A stretch of DNA of 64,000 nt from an uncultured Dehalococcoidia bacterium (GTDB lineage Bacteria; Chloroflexota; Dehalococcoidia; Lucifugimonadales; UBA3495). This document shows positions 48,426 to 57,855 of the stretch, piece after piece. How positions within the stretch are numbered: position 1 is the first letter of the stretch; each line of letters opens with the position of its first letter. Position numbers and translations under genes: made by a program. The stretch is from positions 41,879 through 105,878 of the forward strand of contig CATMOE010000005.1 of assembly GCA_950072105.1 (NCBI GenBank), read 5' to 3'. A model generated the notes under the pieces. The model ran no database searches, had not been told where the DNA came from, and worked only from the letters and a program-made list of their open reading frames with translations.

Positions 48426-48704
48426 CTAATAAGATGGCCGACGGTGATGATGGGCCACAGCCAGGACTTGAACCGTGCCATCAGATTCGCGGTAAAGTAC
48501 CGTGAACGGAAACCGCCCGAATCTAATGCGGCGAATATCCGGTTCGCGCTCAATAGGGTAGTTGTTTGGGGCCTCGCAAACCCGCTCCAAGACAGATTCA
48601 AATTCGGAGAGGTAGGACTCGCCAAGTCCTGATTGCTGAGTCTCGTAGTAAGCGACTGTTTCTAGATGTTCGGCTTCGGCTGCGGGATGAAACTGGTATC
48701 TCAC
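48426..48704 (-). CDS. Type II toxin, RelE/ParE family
   Basis: FHPAA.AE, YY, RFPF...YR and LAVAH..RRP.Y; start overlaps the antitoxin stop. Confidence 0.9.
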   Translation of the reverse strand: MRYQFHPAAEAEHLETVAYYETQQSGLGESYLSEFESVLERVCEAPNNYPIEREPDIRRIRFGRFPFTVLYRESDGTVQVLAVAHHHRRPSY

Positions 48705-48925
48705 CTTAAGAGTGACCGGGCTTTCCTTCGTACCTCTTCCGCGGAGATAGGCTGTACATTCTCATTATCAAGTTCACGGGCACGGCGATCGGCTTCAACA
48801 AGCCAGGCTTGTTTCGATTCCTCTTCAGAGAGAGTGTCAAGGCTCAAAAGCAGCTTTTGTGCAAGTTTGGCTCGAGCTTCTTGAGGCAGAAGCAGTGCCT
48901 CTTGTTCGACGGTCTGAGGGTCCAT
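48701..48925 (-). CDS. Addiction-module antitoxin (TIGR02574-like)
   Basis: EALLLP..ARA.LA..LL.SLD and AW..EA.RRA.E. Confidence 0.9.
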   Translation of the reverse strand: MDPQTVEQEALLLPQEARAKLAQKLLLSLDTLSEEESKQAWLVEADRRARELDNENVQPISAEEVRRKARSLLR

Positions 48926-48961
48926 GTCATCACCTCTTTTAGTACCGTGCGCTCAGATATT

Positions 48962-48971
48962 GTAACGTTAC
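48962..48971. promoter_or_regulatory. Palindrome overlapping the TA -10 box, possible autoregulatory operator
   Basis: Perfect palindrome GTAACGTTAC overlapping minus-strand TACAAT. Confidence 0.45.
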
Positions 48972-48979
48972 CCAGGACC

Positions 48980-49405
48980 TCATGCCATTCTGGGTTCGGG
49001 CTGGGCAGGCCGCCATTTGTACACTACTTTGGCGGCGCTGGAGTCTTCCCCTTGTACAAGTCTGAGAGTAAGTTCCACCGGCATGCCTATTTGTAAGGCA
49101 TCCTCCTGGCAGTCCACGAGCTCCGCCAAGACCTGTGGTCCTTCCGAAAGCTCTACCTGCGCCAGTATATATGGTACTGGCCCCGGCCATCCCGCCGGTG
49201 GGATCCGGACTACGGTGTAGCTGTACAAAGTACCGGTCTGGCTGAATTCCATGGGTTCCAGCTTGGCCGAGGTGCAGCGTTGACAGAATGTCCCTGGGCC
49301 GAAGATCACCGTGCCGCACTCCAGGCAGCGCAAACCCAGAAGGACTCCTTTGGTGCCCTCGTCGTTGGTCAGTTTTAAGCGTCTGGTATCAACTGATTCT
49401 GGCAT
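48980..49405 (-). CDS. DUF35 zinc-ribbon/OB-fold protein
   Basis: CLECG, FCQRC, GTLYSYTVV, PY..A.VEL.EGP and IGMPVE. Confidence 0.93.
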   Translation of the reverse strand: MPESVDTRRLKLTNDEGTKGVLLGLRCLECGTVIFGPGTFCQRCTSAKLEPMEFSQTGTLYSYTVVRIPPAGWPGPVPYILAQVELSEGPQVLAELVDCQEDALQIGMPVELTLRLVQGEDSSAAKVVYKWRPAQPEPRMA

Positions 49406-49492
49406 TGCTCGAGCGTCCTTGTAGAGATCGAAATTTAGCTTAAACCGGCCTTGAAATAGTGTCAACTTAGGCGTCGGCCAGCCACCGCCCCA

Positions 49493-49521
49493 TTGACCGG
49501 GAAGCGGCTACATGGTAGTTT
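49493..49521 (+). promoter_or_regulatory. Putative promoter of the acyl-CoA ligase
   Basis: TTGACC-N17-TAGTTT with a TG extension. Confidence 0.55.
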
Positions 49522-49635
49522 GAGTTCGCCGATTAGTTAGCGAGTCTCTGGCCCTGCGCTGTCTAAAAAAGGCCGTTCCTCCAGCTGTCCTGAGCTTCAG
49601 ATACACGGTCACCGGCCGGAATAATTAATTTCGAT

Positions 49636-51297
49636 ATGAGCAGTATCGCCGGACCCAATGGTCCTGGCCGCCCGATGTGGGAGATGTCCCTGGGCGAATT
49701 CCTGGACGCCGCAGTCCGCCAGAATCCCGACAAAGTTTTCGTGGAGATGGCCGGGGAGAAAGTTACTTACCGGCAACTCCAACTAAGCGTTGGCAGAACC
49801 GCGTCGATGTTCCAAGATTTGGGTGTGGCGCCGGGGGACCGGGTCGGTCTGTTTATGCCCAATTGCCTGGAGTACCTTTACTGTTGGTTCGGCCTGTCCT
49901 TATTGGGCGCCATCAGTGTTCCCATCAACACCGCCTACAAGCGGGATGAGACCGCTTACATCCTGAACGACGCCGAGGCGGTTGGGTTAGTAACGCACCA
50001 CACTTTGGTTTCCGTGGCCCGAGAAGCGTCTGCTCTCGCTTCCAGCGTGCATCATAGATTGGTTGTTGCTGAAGGACCCACCTCCGGCCCTCCCGTCGAA
50101 GGTGATGAAGAGGAGGCGGATGGGTGGACGAGCTTTGCGGACGCTCTTTCCAAAGCACAGCCCTTAACTTCGCCGGCTCCGGTTTCTCCGGATGCGGTGT
50201 CCATGTTGGTCTACACCTCTGGGACCACCGGCAACCCCAAGGGCGTTATGGTTTCGCACCAGATGTACGTTGCCGCAGGACAGGGTTTCGCCCACTGGAC
50301 CCAAGCAACCCCCGATGACCGGTTCTTCACCTGCCTGCCCTTTTTCCACGCCAACGTCCAGTACTACTCGACGATGGGGTCCCTAGCGGCGGGCGCTACA
50401 TTGGTGGTAGTTGACCGGTTCAGCGCGTCCCGGTTCTGGGACCAAGTGCGGGCGGCCAATGCCACTGTAGTTAACTTCATCGGAATGATGATGCCGGTAT
50501 TGTCCAAGCAGCCGGAAACGCCCCAAGACCGGGACAATCAAGTCCGGCTGTTTTACGGTTCACCGGCTTTTCCGCCCGAATTTTTGGAGGCGTTTCAGGA
50601 GAGGTTTGGCACTGATATTATCGTCGGGTTCGGTATGACCGAAACCTGCTACGGGACGATTGAGGGGATCGGAGATAGGCGGCGTCCTTCGTCTTCGGGC
50701 GCGCCTCGCCGGCATCCGGACCGGCGCTTCGAAAACCATGTCCGCATCTCCGATTCGGAGTCAGGAGAGCCGGTCCCAACCGGCACGGTAGGGGAGATTA
50801 CCATAAAGAATCCGGCCGTGATGTCCGGTTACTGGCGGAACGAGGAGCAGACGCGCCAGTCTCTCCGGGATGGCTGGTTGTATACCGGAGATCTGGGCTG
50901 GATGGACGAAGACGGCTACCTGTTCTTTGTGGACCGAAAGAAGGACATTATCCGGCGGAGAGGTGAGAATATCTCTTCCCAGGAAGTGGAGGACGTGATC
51001 AAGCGTCATCCCGATGTCCTGGACTGCGCGGTGATCGCCGTCCCATCGGAGTTGGGCGAAGACGAAGTGAAAGTCTACGTGGCGCGGCGGCAGGAGTCGA
51101 GGCTGGAACCGGCGGAGGTAGTATACTGGTGTGCCGAGCACTTGGCCTACTTCAAGGTGCCGAGATACGTGGAACTGCGGGATGAATTGCCCCGCACGCC
51201 CAGCCTAAGAGTTCGAAAAGACCTGCTTCGCCAGGAACGAGACGACCTTACCCAGGGTTGCTTCGACCGGGAAGCGGCGGGCATACGCATCCGGTGA
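49636..51297 (+). CDS. Acyl-CoA synthetase (CaiC crotonobetaine/carnitine-CoA ligase-like)
   Basis: YTSGTTGNPKG, FSASRFW, FGMTE, TGDLG and DRKKDIIRRRGENISS.EVE. Confidence 0.94.
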   Translation: MSSIAGPNGPGRPMWEMSLGEFLDAAVRQNPDKVFVEMAGEKVTYRQLQLSVGRTASMFQDLGVAPGDRVGLFMPNCLEYLYCWFGLSLLGAISVPINTAYKRDETAYILNDAEAVGLVTHHTLVSVAREASALASSVHHRLVVAEGPTSGPPVEGDEEEADGWTSFADALSKAQPLTSPAPVSPDAVSMLVYTSGTTGNPKGVMVSHQMYVAAGQGFAHWTQATPDDRFFTCLPFFHANVQYYSTMGSLAAGATLVVVDRFSASRFWDQVRAANATVVNFIGMMMPVLSKQPETPQDRDNQVRLFYGSPAFPPEFLEAFQERFGTDIIVGFGMTETCYGTIEGIGDRRRPSSSGAPRRHPDRRFENHVRISDSESGEPVPTGTVGEITIKNPAVMSGYWRNEEQTRQSLRDGWLYTGDLGWMDEDGYLFFVDRKKDIIRRRGENISSQEVEDVIKRHPDVLDCAVIAVPSELGEDEVKVYVARRQESRLEPAEVVYWCAEHLAYFKVPRYVELRDELPRTPSLRVRKDLLRQERDDLTQGCFDREAAGIRIR

Positions 51298-51334
51298 CGG
51301 TTCAGTAGCTGAAGGTTCAGTAAAGGAGACGTTC

Positions 51335-51808
51335 ATGGCGGACCGGCGATACTGGCTGTTCAAGTCCGAACCTACGGCATATTCCTTTGCCGACCTTCTG
51401 GCCGAGGAAAATCAAACCGCGGAATGGGACGGGGTGCGCAACTACCAAGTGCGAAATTATATGCGCGACGACATGCGGGTTGGCGACGGGGTGCTCTTCT
51501 ACCATAGCAGCGCCAAACCGATGGCTGTCATCGGCACCGCCCACGTCGTGCGCGAGGGTTACCCGGATAGCACGTCTTGGGACCCGGCGGAGAAGCATTA
51601 CGACCCTAAGAGCACTCCCGGCAACCCCATCTGGATGATGGTGGATATTCAAGCCGATGAGCAGTTTGCCCGTCCCGTCACGCTTCAGGAGATCAAGGAG
51701 AACCCCAGGTTGGAATCCATGCTTCTGGCTCGCCGGGGGATGCGCCTGTCGGTTCAACCGGTCACCAAGGAAGAGTGGGACGAAGTGATATCCTTAGGGA
51801 ACGGTTAG
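51335..51808 (+). CDS. EVE domain protein
   Basis: YWLFKSEP, WDGVRNYQ, FYHS, YDPKS and RLSVQPV. Confidence 0.96.
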   Translation: MADRRYWLFKSEPTAYSFADLLAEENQTAEWDGVRNYQVRNYMRDDMRVGDGVLFYHSSAKPMAVIGTAHVVREGYPDSTSWDPAEKHYDPKSTPGNPIWMMVDIQADEQFARPVTLQEIKENPRLESMLLARRGMRLSVQPVTKEEWDEVISLGNG

Positions 51809-51955
51809 CGAGAATAGCGTCCCTGTTTTTCAGTGGAATTCGTTCATCCTGAATCAAACGAACTATTTAGCGGGAAGCATTGAATGGGAAGCGCCCGGCC
51901 ATGTTCCGGTGACGGTCGGCTGTAGGATTAGAACGGGACTATCAAGGAGACATAA

Positions 51956-53572
51956 TTGTCCAACCAAGATGGGGAAGCGGCCAGATCCTATCACCAAGCG
52001 ACAAAGCTGTCGTACATTGATCTAGCCAGCAAACCGCCCCTTTTCAAGACCTATTCCGCTCTACCTCTGATGCCGCTGCCACCGGGATTTCCGTCGCCTG
52101 AGACTCCGACGCTAGAAGCGGTCTCAAGTAGATTTAATGCGGGAGCGGCATCGAGTACCGCTGCCGAAGGAGAACAGCCGGCCGAGACCGGTTCGCTTGA
52201 TTTAACCTCGGTGTCCCAATTGCTTTTCTTCTCCGCCGGATTGGTGCGTAAGGCTTCCATGCAGGTTATCGGCGATGTCCATTACCGGGCTGCGGCGTCT
52301 GCCGGGGCCCTTTACCCCATTGACGTTTACCTGGTATGCCAGGATATAAACGGGCTGGAGGCGGGGGTTTACCACTTTTCTCCGATGGACTTCGCGCTTC
52401 GCCCATTACGAAAGGGTGATTACCGGTCGGAATTGGTAGAAGCCGCTGGAAATGATCCGGTGTTCGCGTCGGCCCCGGCCACCCTGGTTTTCACCGCCAA
52501 CTTCTGGCGTAGCGCGTGGAAATACCGGGCCAGAGGCTACCGTTATTGTTATTGGGATTGCGGTACGATGCTGGCCAACTTATTGGCTTTGTGTTCGTCG
52601 CTCCGGTTGCCTGCCAATCTGGTTGCCGGTTTTGTCGACGAACGCGTAGACCAGTTGCTGCGCATCCGAGGGCAGCAGGAGGCTGCCATCTGCCTGGTGC
52701 CCATCGGTTCGGGCGGCGGACCGCCTTCGGCGATCGACATGATTGAGCCGGCCCCACTGGCCCCAGACACCAAGGATGGGTCCAACGATAGGATCGACTA
52801 CCCGGAAACCGACCAAGTTCATCAGGAATCGTCTTTGATGGATGAAGAAGAAGTTGTGGAATGGCGCGGCCTTTTGCCGGATGAGTCAGGCGAGGAGTTG
52901 CAGGGACCAGCCGGCGCCGGTCTGACTCTGTTGGAAGCCAATAATCTTTCTTCGGAACCCCTGGGTGAGGTTATCCGCAAACGGGGTTCCACTCGGCGTT
53001 TTGCCCAGGATCCCATCTCCCAGGCCCAGTTCGAAGCAATTCTGGCCGGATCTTCCAGAGGGTCCCCTTCGGATTTTCACGGGAAAGATGGAGAGAGCTT
53101 GGTGGACATGTACACCATCGTCCATGCCGTGGACGGCGTGCCTGCCGGGTCATATTATTTTGACCCACAAACCAGCAAGTTGGAACTTCTGCGGGAAGGC
53201 GACTTGCGAGCGCGGGCGGGCCATCTGTGTTTCGAGCAGGCCCTGGGCGCCGATGCCAGCGCGGTTACGTTTTTCATGGCTGATCTGGAGGCCATATTTC
53301 AACAATACGGCAACCGCGGCTACCGGGCCGCTCAATTGGAAGCGGGAATCGTTGGCGGCAAGATGTACTTGTGCGCCCACTCTTTGGGCCTGGGCGCCAC
53401 CGGCATGACCTTTTACGACGATGAAGTCGCCGAGTTTTTTTCGCCCCATGCCGAGGGGAAGAGCCTGATGTTCCTAGTGGCCGTTGGGGTACCTGGCCGG
53501 CCCAACCGGGTCCGGCCGTTCCGCTCGCAGATCGCCGTCACCTTGGACGCCCTGGCCCGAGGCGCGTCGTAG
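51956..53572 (+). CDS. SagB/ThcOx-family dehydrogenase with tandem nitroreductase domains
   Basis: YHQATK, RAAASAGALYP and WKYRARGYR; the second domain has RGSTRRF and YGNRGYRAAQLEAG. Confidence 0.9.
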   Translation: MSNQDGEAARSYHQATKLSYIDLASKPPLFKTYSALPLMPLPPGFPSPETPTLEAVSSRFNAGAASSTAAEGEQPAETGSLDLTSVSQLLFFSAGLVRKASMQVIGDVHYRAAASAGALYPIDVYLVCQDINGLEAGVYHFSPMDFALRPLRKGDYRSELVEAAGNDPVFASAPATLVFTANFWRSAWKYRARGYRYCYWDCGTMLANLLALCSSLRLPANLVAGFVDERVDQLLRIRGQQEAAICLVPIGSGGGPPSAIDMIEPAPLAPDTKDGSNDRIDYPETDQVHQESSLMDEEEVVEWRGLLPDESGEELQGPAGAGLTLLEANNLSSEPLGEVIRKRGSTRRFAQDPISQAQFEAILAGSSRGSPSDFHGKDGESLVDMYTIVHAVDGVPAGSYYFDPQTSKLELLREGDLRARAGHLCFEQALGADASAVTFFMADLEAIFQQYGNRGYRAAQLEAGIVGGKMYLCAHSLGLGATGMTFYDDEVAEFFSPHAEGKSLMFLVAVGVPGRPNRVRPFRSQIAVTLDALARGAS

Positions 53573-53614
53573 GGAAACCTAGAGGCTGATCTGATCTGTT
53601 AACCCCCCAGATCA

Positions 53615-53728
53615 AGTTCGTTCTTGGGGGCCTGTTGGACCACTCGCCCAAGTCCGTTCGTGGCGAGCCTGTCGAACCACCCTTCGGTAAAGGACGGGAG
53701 GACCCTTTGACAACCTCAGGGCGAACAG
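53615..53728. repeat. REP-like element of CCGTTCG...GAGCCTGTCGAA / CCCTTyGACA.CTCAG..CGAAC type, with a degenerate upstream half-copy
   Basis: ccgttcgtggcgagcctgtcgaacca ... ccctttgacaacctcagggcgaac can pair as a long hairpin; a degenerate tandem copy lies at about 53615-53642. Confidence 0.7.
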
Positions 53729-53817
53729 AAAGAGGACGTGGCCGCTCTTTTAACCCCGATACCATCTTGGCGAACCATTTACTGTATCAGCGTCTATGCT
53801 GAATACCGGCGTTCGTC

Positions 53818-54597
53818 TCACTTGGTTGCGATGACAAACAGATAGTCCCCTCCCCGGTTTTCGTATGCCGCCATGACCTCATTGATGCGCCCCGATCGGA
53901 TGTCTGCAGCCAGACGCAGGCAACCGCCTGCTACCTCCGCAGGGTCGGCCAAACTGGCGAACGTTGAGATTCCCCGTCGTACTCCTTCGTCCAGGTACAT
54001 CTCCGGCCGGTGCTTTCCGCTGTAGAGGAAAAAGTCCTGAAGGTCGTTCCGGATGTCGAACCCCTCAGTCTCCAGGGACGTGAAACCCGCCTGGGTCAAA
54101 GCGCCGGTAACCAAGTCAAGCGCCGGCATCTGTTCGATGGACATTCGCATGGCCTCAGGAAAGTATTCATTTAACCAATAAGACTGCGTCTGCTCCGGCA
54201 TGGCGGTTAAAACGACAAACTTACCCTTATCCAACACGCGGTGGACCTCCCGGAAAACGGGCAACAGGTCATCGAAGTGATGGACGGCCAAGGTGCACAC
54301 GGCGCCGTAAAAATTCCAGCCGAAAAAGGGCAGCGCTTGGGCGCCGGCGAGGCACCATTGCACCTGGGAGGATTTCCCCCGGGCCTCGGCAATCATATTG
54401 GAGGATAGCTCAACGCCGGTCCAACCGCCCCCTACCGCAGCCAGAATTGAAGTGTAGTTCCCGGTGCCGCACCCTATGTCCAGGTAGTTGCCGTGACTCT
54501 CCACCGCCAAGTGGTGTCCCAACCGGCCGGCGATGATTGGGTCGGGACGCCGGGTCACGTCGTACCCCCCGCCTATCCGGTCGTAAAGTTGCGCCAT
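53818..54597 (-). CDS. Class I SAM-dependent methyltransferase
   Basis: YDRIG..YD.TRR.DP, LDIGCGTGNY, A..LP, HHF and WLNEYFP. Confidence 0.92.
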   Translation of the reverse strand: MAQLYDRIGGGYDVTRRPDPIIAGRLGHHLAVESHGNYLDIGCGTGNYTSILAAVGGGWTGVELSSNMIAEARGKSSQVQWCLAGAQALPFFGWNFYGAVCTLAVHHFDDLLPVFREVHRVLDKGKFVVLTAMPEQTQSYWLNEYFPEAMRMSIEQMPALDLVTGALTQAGFTSLETEGFDIRNDLQDFFLYSGKHRPEMYLDEGVRRGISTFASLADPAEVAGGCLRLAADIRSGRINEVMAAYENRGGDYLFVIATK

Positions 54598-55201
54598 GGC
54601 GTTCCCCCCTGGGCTTCTGGCTTCGGCATTCACTGGGATTGAGATCGCGGTTCTTACGGGAGTCTTGTTAGGCAGTTTCTATATTGGGATGGACCGGTCT
54701 TGACTATACATTGGGATTAGTCTTCTAAAGGTAGAGCGGCGAGTGGACGGGCCCAAGCCTTAAATCCTTGTCCCAGTCACCTGACACCGCAACTTTGGGG
54801 GGAGGAGACGAGAGGGATCTATCTACACCTCAAACACAGACCGTCGATTCCGGTGGCGGCTTGACGATCTGGCATCTCTCTTAGGTTTGAGCTTCCTGGC
54901 CGTATGAAAACTACGAAAGTACCTTGTGCGAAATAGGAGAGTTCAATCCCCTTGGGGAATTGCCGTAAGTCTCCAAGTACATGCATGATTAACAGCTGTG
55001 ACGTTCGTTCTATGACTCCAGAGCCTTCAGCAGGAGTAGCAACTCCGCCGCATCCGTCGGCTGCCCCAATAGGGCCTGATGTTTGTCGCTCTTCGCCATG
55101 GCTCACTACCCGTTATAATCTGACCGGCGCGCCGATTTAATTTCAAACCTTCGGCTGCGTGCCTTCTCTAAAGAAATTTGGACAAAAAGCGAGGAAGTGT
55201 T

Positions 55202-56152
55202 ATGGAGACCGTTGGATTTATTGGATTGGGCAACATGGGCGGCGGAATGTCCGCGAATATTCAGAGAGCTGGATATCCCATGGTGGTCTACGACCTCCGC
55301 GAAGAGGCCGCCAAGCCGTTGCTGGAAGGCGGGGCTAGATTGGCGAATTCCCCGGCCGAGGTAGCCAGCCTTTGCGATATTACCCTGACATCTCTGCCGG
55401 GCCCTAAAGAGGTCGAGTCAGTATCTACTGGGCCGGAAGGCGTCTTGGAGGGGATGAAGCCGGGCGGAATCTACATTGATCTCTCCACCAGCCGTCCCAC
55501 GTTGATCCGGGAGATCGAGCCCCGTTTCCGGCAGAAGGGATGCCACGTACTGGACGCGCCGGTCAGCGGCGGAAAGTCCGGGGCGGCCAGCGGGAATCTG
55601 GCGGTCATGGTGGGCGGTGAACGGGAGATCTTCGACCGCGTCAAGCCCATATTGGACTCATTCGGCGACAAAGTTTTCTATGCCGGAAGCATCGGCGCCG
55701 GCAGCGTGGCCAAGCTGGTTCACAATATGATCGGCCATGGTGTCCGCCAAGCCATCGCCGAGGGGCTGACTCTGGGAGTGAAGGCCGGGGTAGAAGCCGA
55801 AGCGTTGTGGGAATGCATCCGCCGGGGATCTCTGGGCCGGATGAGCGGCCTGCATGAAGGGATAGCCCGCACGGTATTCACCGGCGAATTCGATCCTCCC
55901 AGCTTTGCACTGGAACTGTCCAGGAAAGACATCGGGTTGGCAACCGACCTAGGGCGGGAATTCAACGTCCCGATGCCGGTGGCCAACCTGGTGGAGCAGA
56001 TCGCCATTCAAGGCATGAACCGGGGGTGGGGAGGAAGAGACAGCAGCGTCACGTTCTTGCTGCAAGAAGAACAGGCGGGGGTGGAAGTTAGGGCCACCGG
56101 CGTCGACCCGGTCAAAGCCGGCCGGTTCATCACGACTCATCCAGAGGTTTAA
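55202..56152 (+). CDS. 3-hydroxyisobutyrate dehydrogenase / tartronate semialdehyde reductase family
   Basis: GFIGLGNMG, DAPVSGG, AKLVHN and F.LEL..KD. Confidence 0.94.
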   Translation: METVGFIGLGNMGGGMSANIQRAGYPMVVYDLREEAAKPLLEGGARLANSPAEVASLCDITLTSLPGPKEVESVSTGPEGVLEGMKPGGIYIDLSTSRPTLIREIEPRFRQKGCHVLDAPVSGGKSGAASGNLAVMVGGEREIFDRVKPILDSFGDKVFYAGSIGAGSVAKLVHNMIGHGVRQAIAEGLTLGVKAGVEAEALWECIRRGSLGRMSGLHEGIARTVFTGEFDPPSFALELSRKDIGLATDLGREFNVPMPVANLVEQIAIQGMNRGWGGRDSSVTFLLQEEQAGVEVRATGVDPVKAGRFITTHPEV

Positions 56153-56157
56153 ATCAA

Positions 56158-56184
56158 AAGGCGGCCCCAACTTGGGGCCGCCTT
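56158..56184. terminator. Terminator between convergent units
   Basis: AAGGCGGCCCCAA-c-TTGGGGCCGCCTT with an A tract on the left (U tail on the minus strand). Confidence 0.8.
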
Positions 56185-56233
56185 GAGTTCTCATTGAGAT
56201 CGTCAGAGGTTGACGAAAGCCGTGTTTTTTAAC

Positions 56234-57850
56234 TCAGCGCTCTCTTGACTCGGTAGGTTCTTGACTCTCGGGTTCTTTGATAACGGGACCATTACTACTC
56301 TTCGATGCTTTACCCTTGGGAGGTGGATCGACGATTCCGAGTTCGGTCCACAATCCCTGCAACAGATCTAATTCGCTGGGCAAGCTGTTGGCCGGCCTGG
56401 TGGGCAACTGCTCCCGGCCCCGAGTCAATATCCTGATGTCATCGTCGATCAACTCGACGATGGCGTTCCTAACGCCAGTATCCTTGCCGATGTCGGGGTA
56501 GAGCTTCCAGCAGTCGGCCATTACGATGTTCATCCACTCTTGTTCGGTTTCGGCGGCGCCCCGCTCTTCCTCGAAGTGCCAGGAATACCATGCGTAGACC
56601 ATCTCGCGGAAAATAGTGAGGTCCGAAGCCGGGGCCCCAACTATGGACATCTGGACGTCAAAGCGGTGGTTATTGCCGGGATGTCCTTCAACCGCGGCGA
56701 ATTTCCGGCCACCACCCAACCCACGGAGTACGAAGTCGTGGACACTGGGCGACGTGATGCCCACCCCGGCGGCGGAGTCAACGTGTCCCACGCCCACTTC
56801 GCCTATCCGCCACAGCTTTTCTTCCATGGCCGCCGCGCCTCTACGCATATCGTCAAGCAGCTCTCCCAACTCCTCACCGAATCTCATTCCATTAGAGATC
56901 AAGGAGAGGAAGCCGGCTTCCACGGCAATGGTGTCTCTAAGCTTTTCCGCGATGGCCAGCGCCAGCAGTTCCTCCAGCTCGTTTAACGTGACGCGGTTCG
57001 TGCCGAAAACCGGGACCGGATCCAGAGACATCCGCACCGTGTCTGCAACCTCTAGGATGTCCTGGTTGACCAGTTGGAAGCGGTCCAGGATACGGTTTGC
57101 AATATCCAGGGCCTTGTCCCCTTCCAACAGATTGGTCACCGTTGGGTCCTCGCTTTCGAAATTCCATACGTCGGGGTCGTTCACCTGTTGAAAGAGCAGG
57201 CCACCTAAGTTAGCGCGTTTTCTCAGTTCCCCGGTTACCTCAACCCAAGTGTCCTTATAGTCCTTGATCATCTCTTCCATTTTAGTGATGATCTCATGGA
57301 TGTTATTCTGGCAGAGAGTTTCCAGCCATTCATCGGTTTCGTGGTCCCAGACCGCGATACGTTTGCCCCTCTTTTCGGTGCCCAGGTCTTCGTACGAGTA
57401 TTCCGAAACTTCCGGTTCATTCCGGTGGACGATCCGGGAAGACAGATTCTCCCAGCTCCTGACGGACGGTTCTTGATGAGGCGATTGGACTATTCCTTGA
57501 ATAAAGAGGTTTTCCAGCTTGACCCTGACCTGCCGGTTCAACTCTTCTTGCCTCAGAGTTACCAAGTTGCGGGCCCTGGTTTGTTGGGTCCTGATCTGTT
57601 TGTTGGCATCCAGAATGATTCGGTCGCTCACGTTGGCTTCCGGATTCAACTGCTCAAACACCAGTTGAAACGCCTTCTGCACGTCTTCCAACGATGAATG
57701 GATCGCACTATGCAACTGGTCCAGGGCGTCCGTCGTAGTGAACCCCCCGCCATCCGCATTAAGGAACGCCAAAGGATCCAACGAAGGCCGCAGGCGCTGA
57801 GACGCGTCTCGGTATGAAACTCCCTTACGTGTCCAAATCTTACGAAACAT
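56234..57850 (-). CDS. Helical hypothetical protein, partner of the tubulin-like protein
   Basis: 538-aa acidic ORF with coiled-coil-like stretches; starts 5 nt after the upstream stop, in a different frame. Confidence 0.8.
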   Translation of the reverse strand: MFRKIWTRKGVSYRDASQRLRPSLDPLAFLNADGGGFTTTDALDQLHSAIHSSLEDVQKAFQLVFEQLNPEANVSDRIILDANKQIRTQQTRARNLVTLRQEELNRQVRVKLENLFIQGIVQSPHQEPSVRSWENLSSRIVHRNEPEVSEYSYEDLGTEKRGKRIAVWDHETDEWLETLCQNNIHEIITKMEEMIKDYKDTWVEVTGELRKRANLGGLLFQQVNDPDVWNFESEDPTVTNLLEGDKALDIANRILDRFQLVNQDILEVADTVRMSLDPVPVFGTNRVTLNELEELLALAIAEKLRDTIAVEAGFLSLISNGMRFGEELGELLDDMRRGAAAMEEKLWRIGEVGVGHVDSAAGVGITSPSVHDFVLRGLGGGRKFAAVEGHPGNNHRFDVQMSIVGAPASDLTIFREMVYAWYSWHFEEERGAAETEQEWMNIVMADCWKLYPDIGKDTGVRNAIVELIDDDIRILTRGREQLPTRPANSLPSELDLLQGLWTELGIVDPPPKGKASKSSNGPVIKEPESQEPTESRER

Positions 57851-57855
57851 GGTGT

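Noticed and set aside
48380..48430. TA module as an integron cassette
   Set aside because: No RYYYAAC...GTTRRRY attC structure and no integron integrase.
34813..54772. 14-bp inverted match GACAAGGATTTAAG (34813-34826 vs 54759-54772)
   Set aside because: Matches of this length are expected by chance in 64 kb, and there is no extended similarity.
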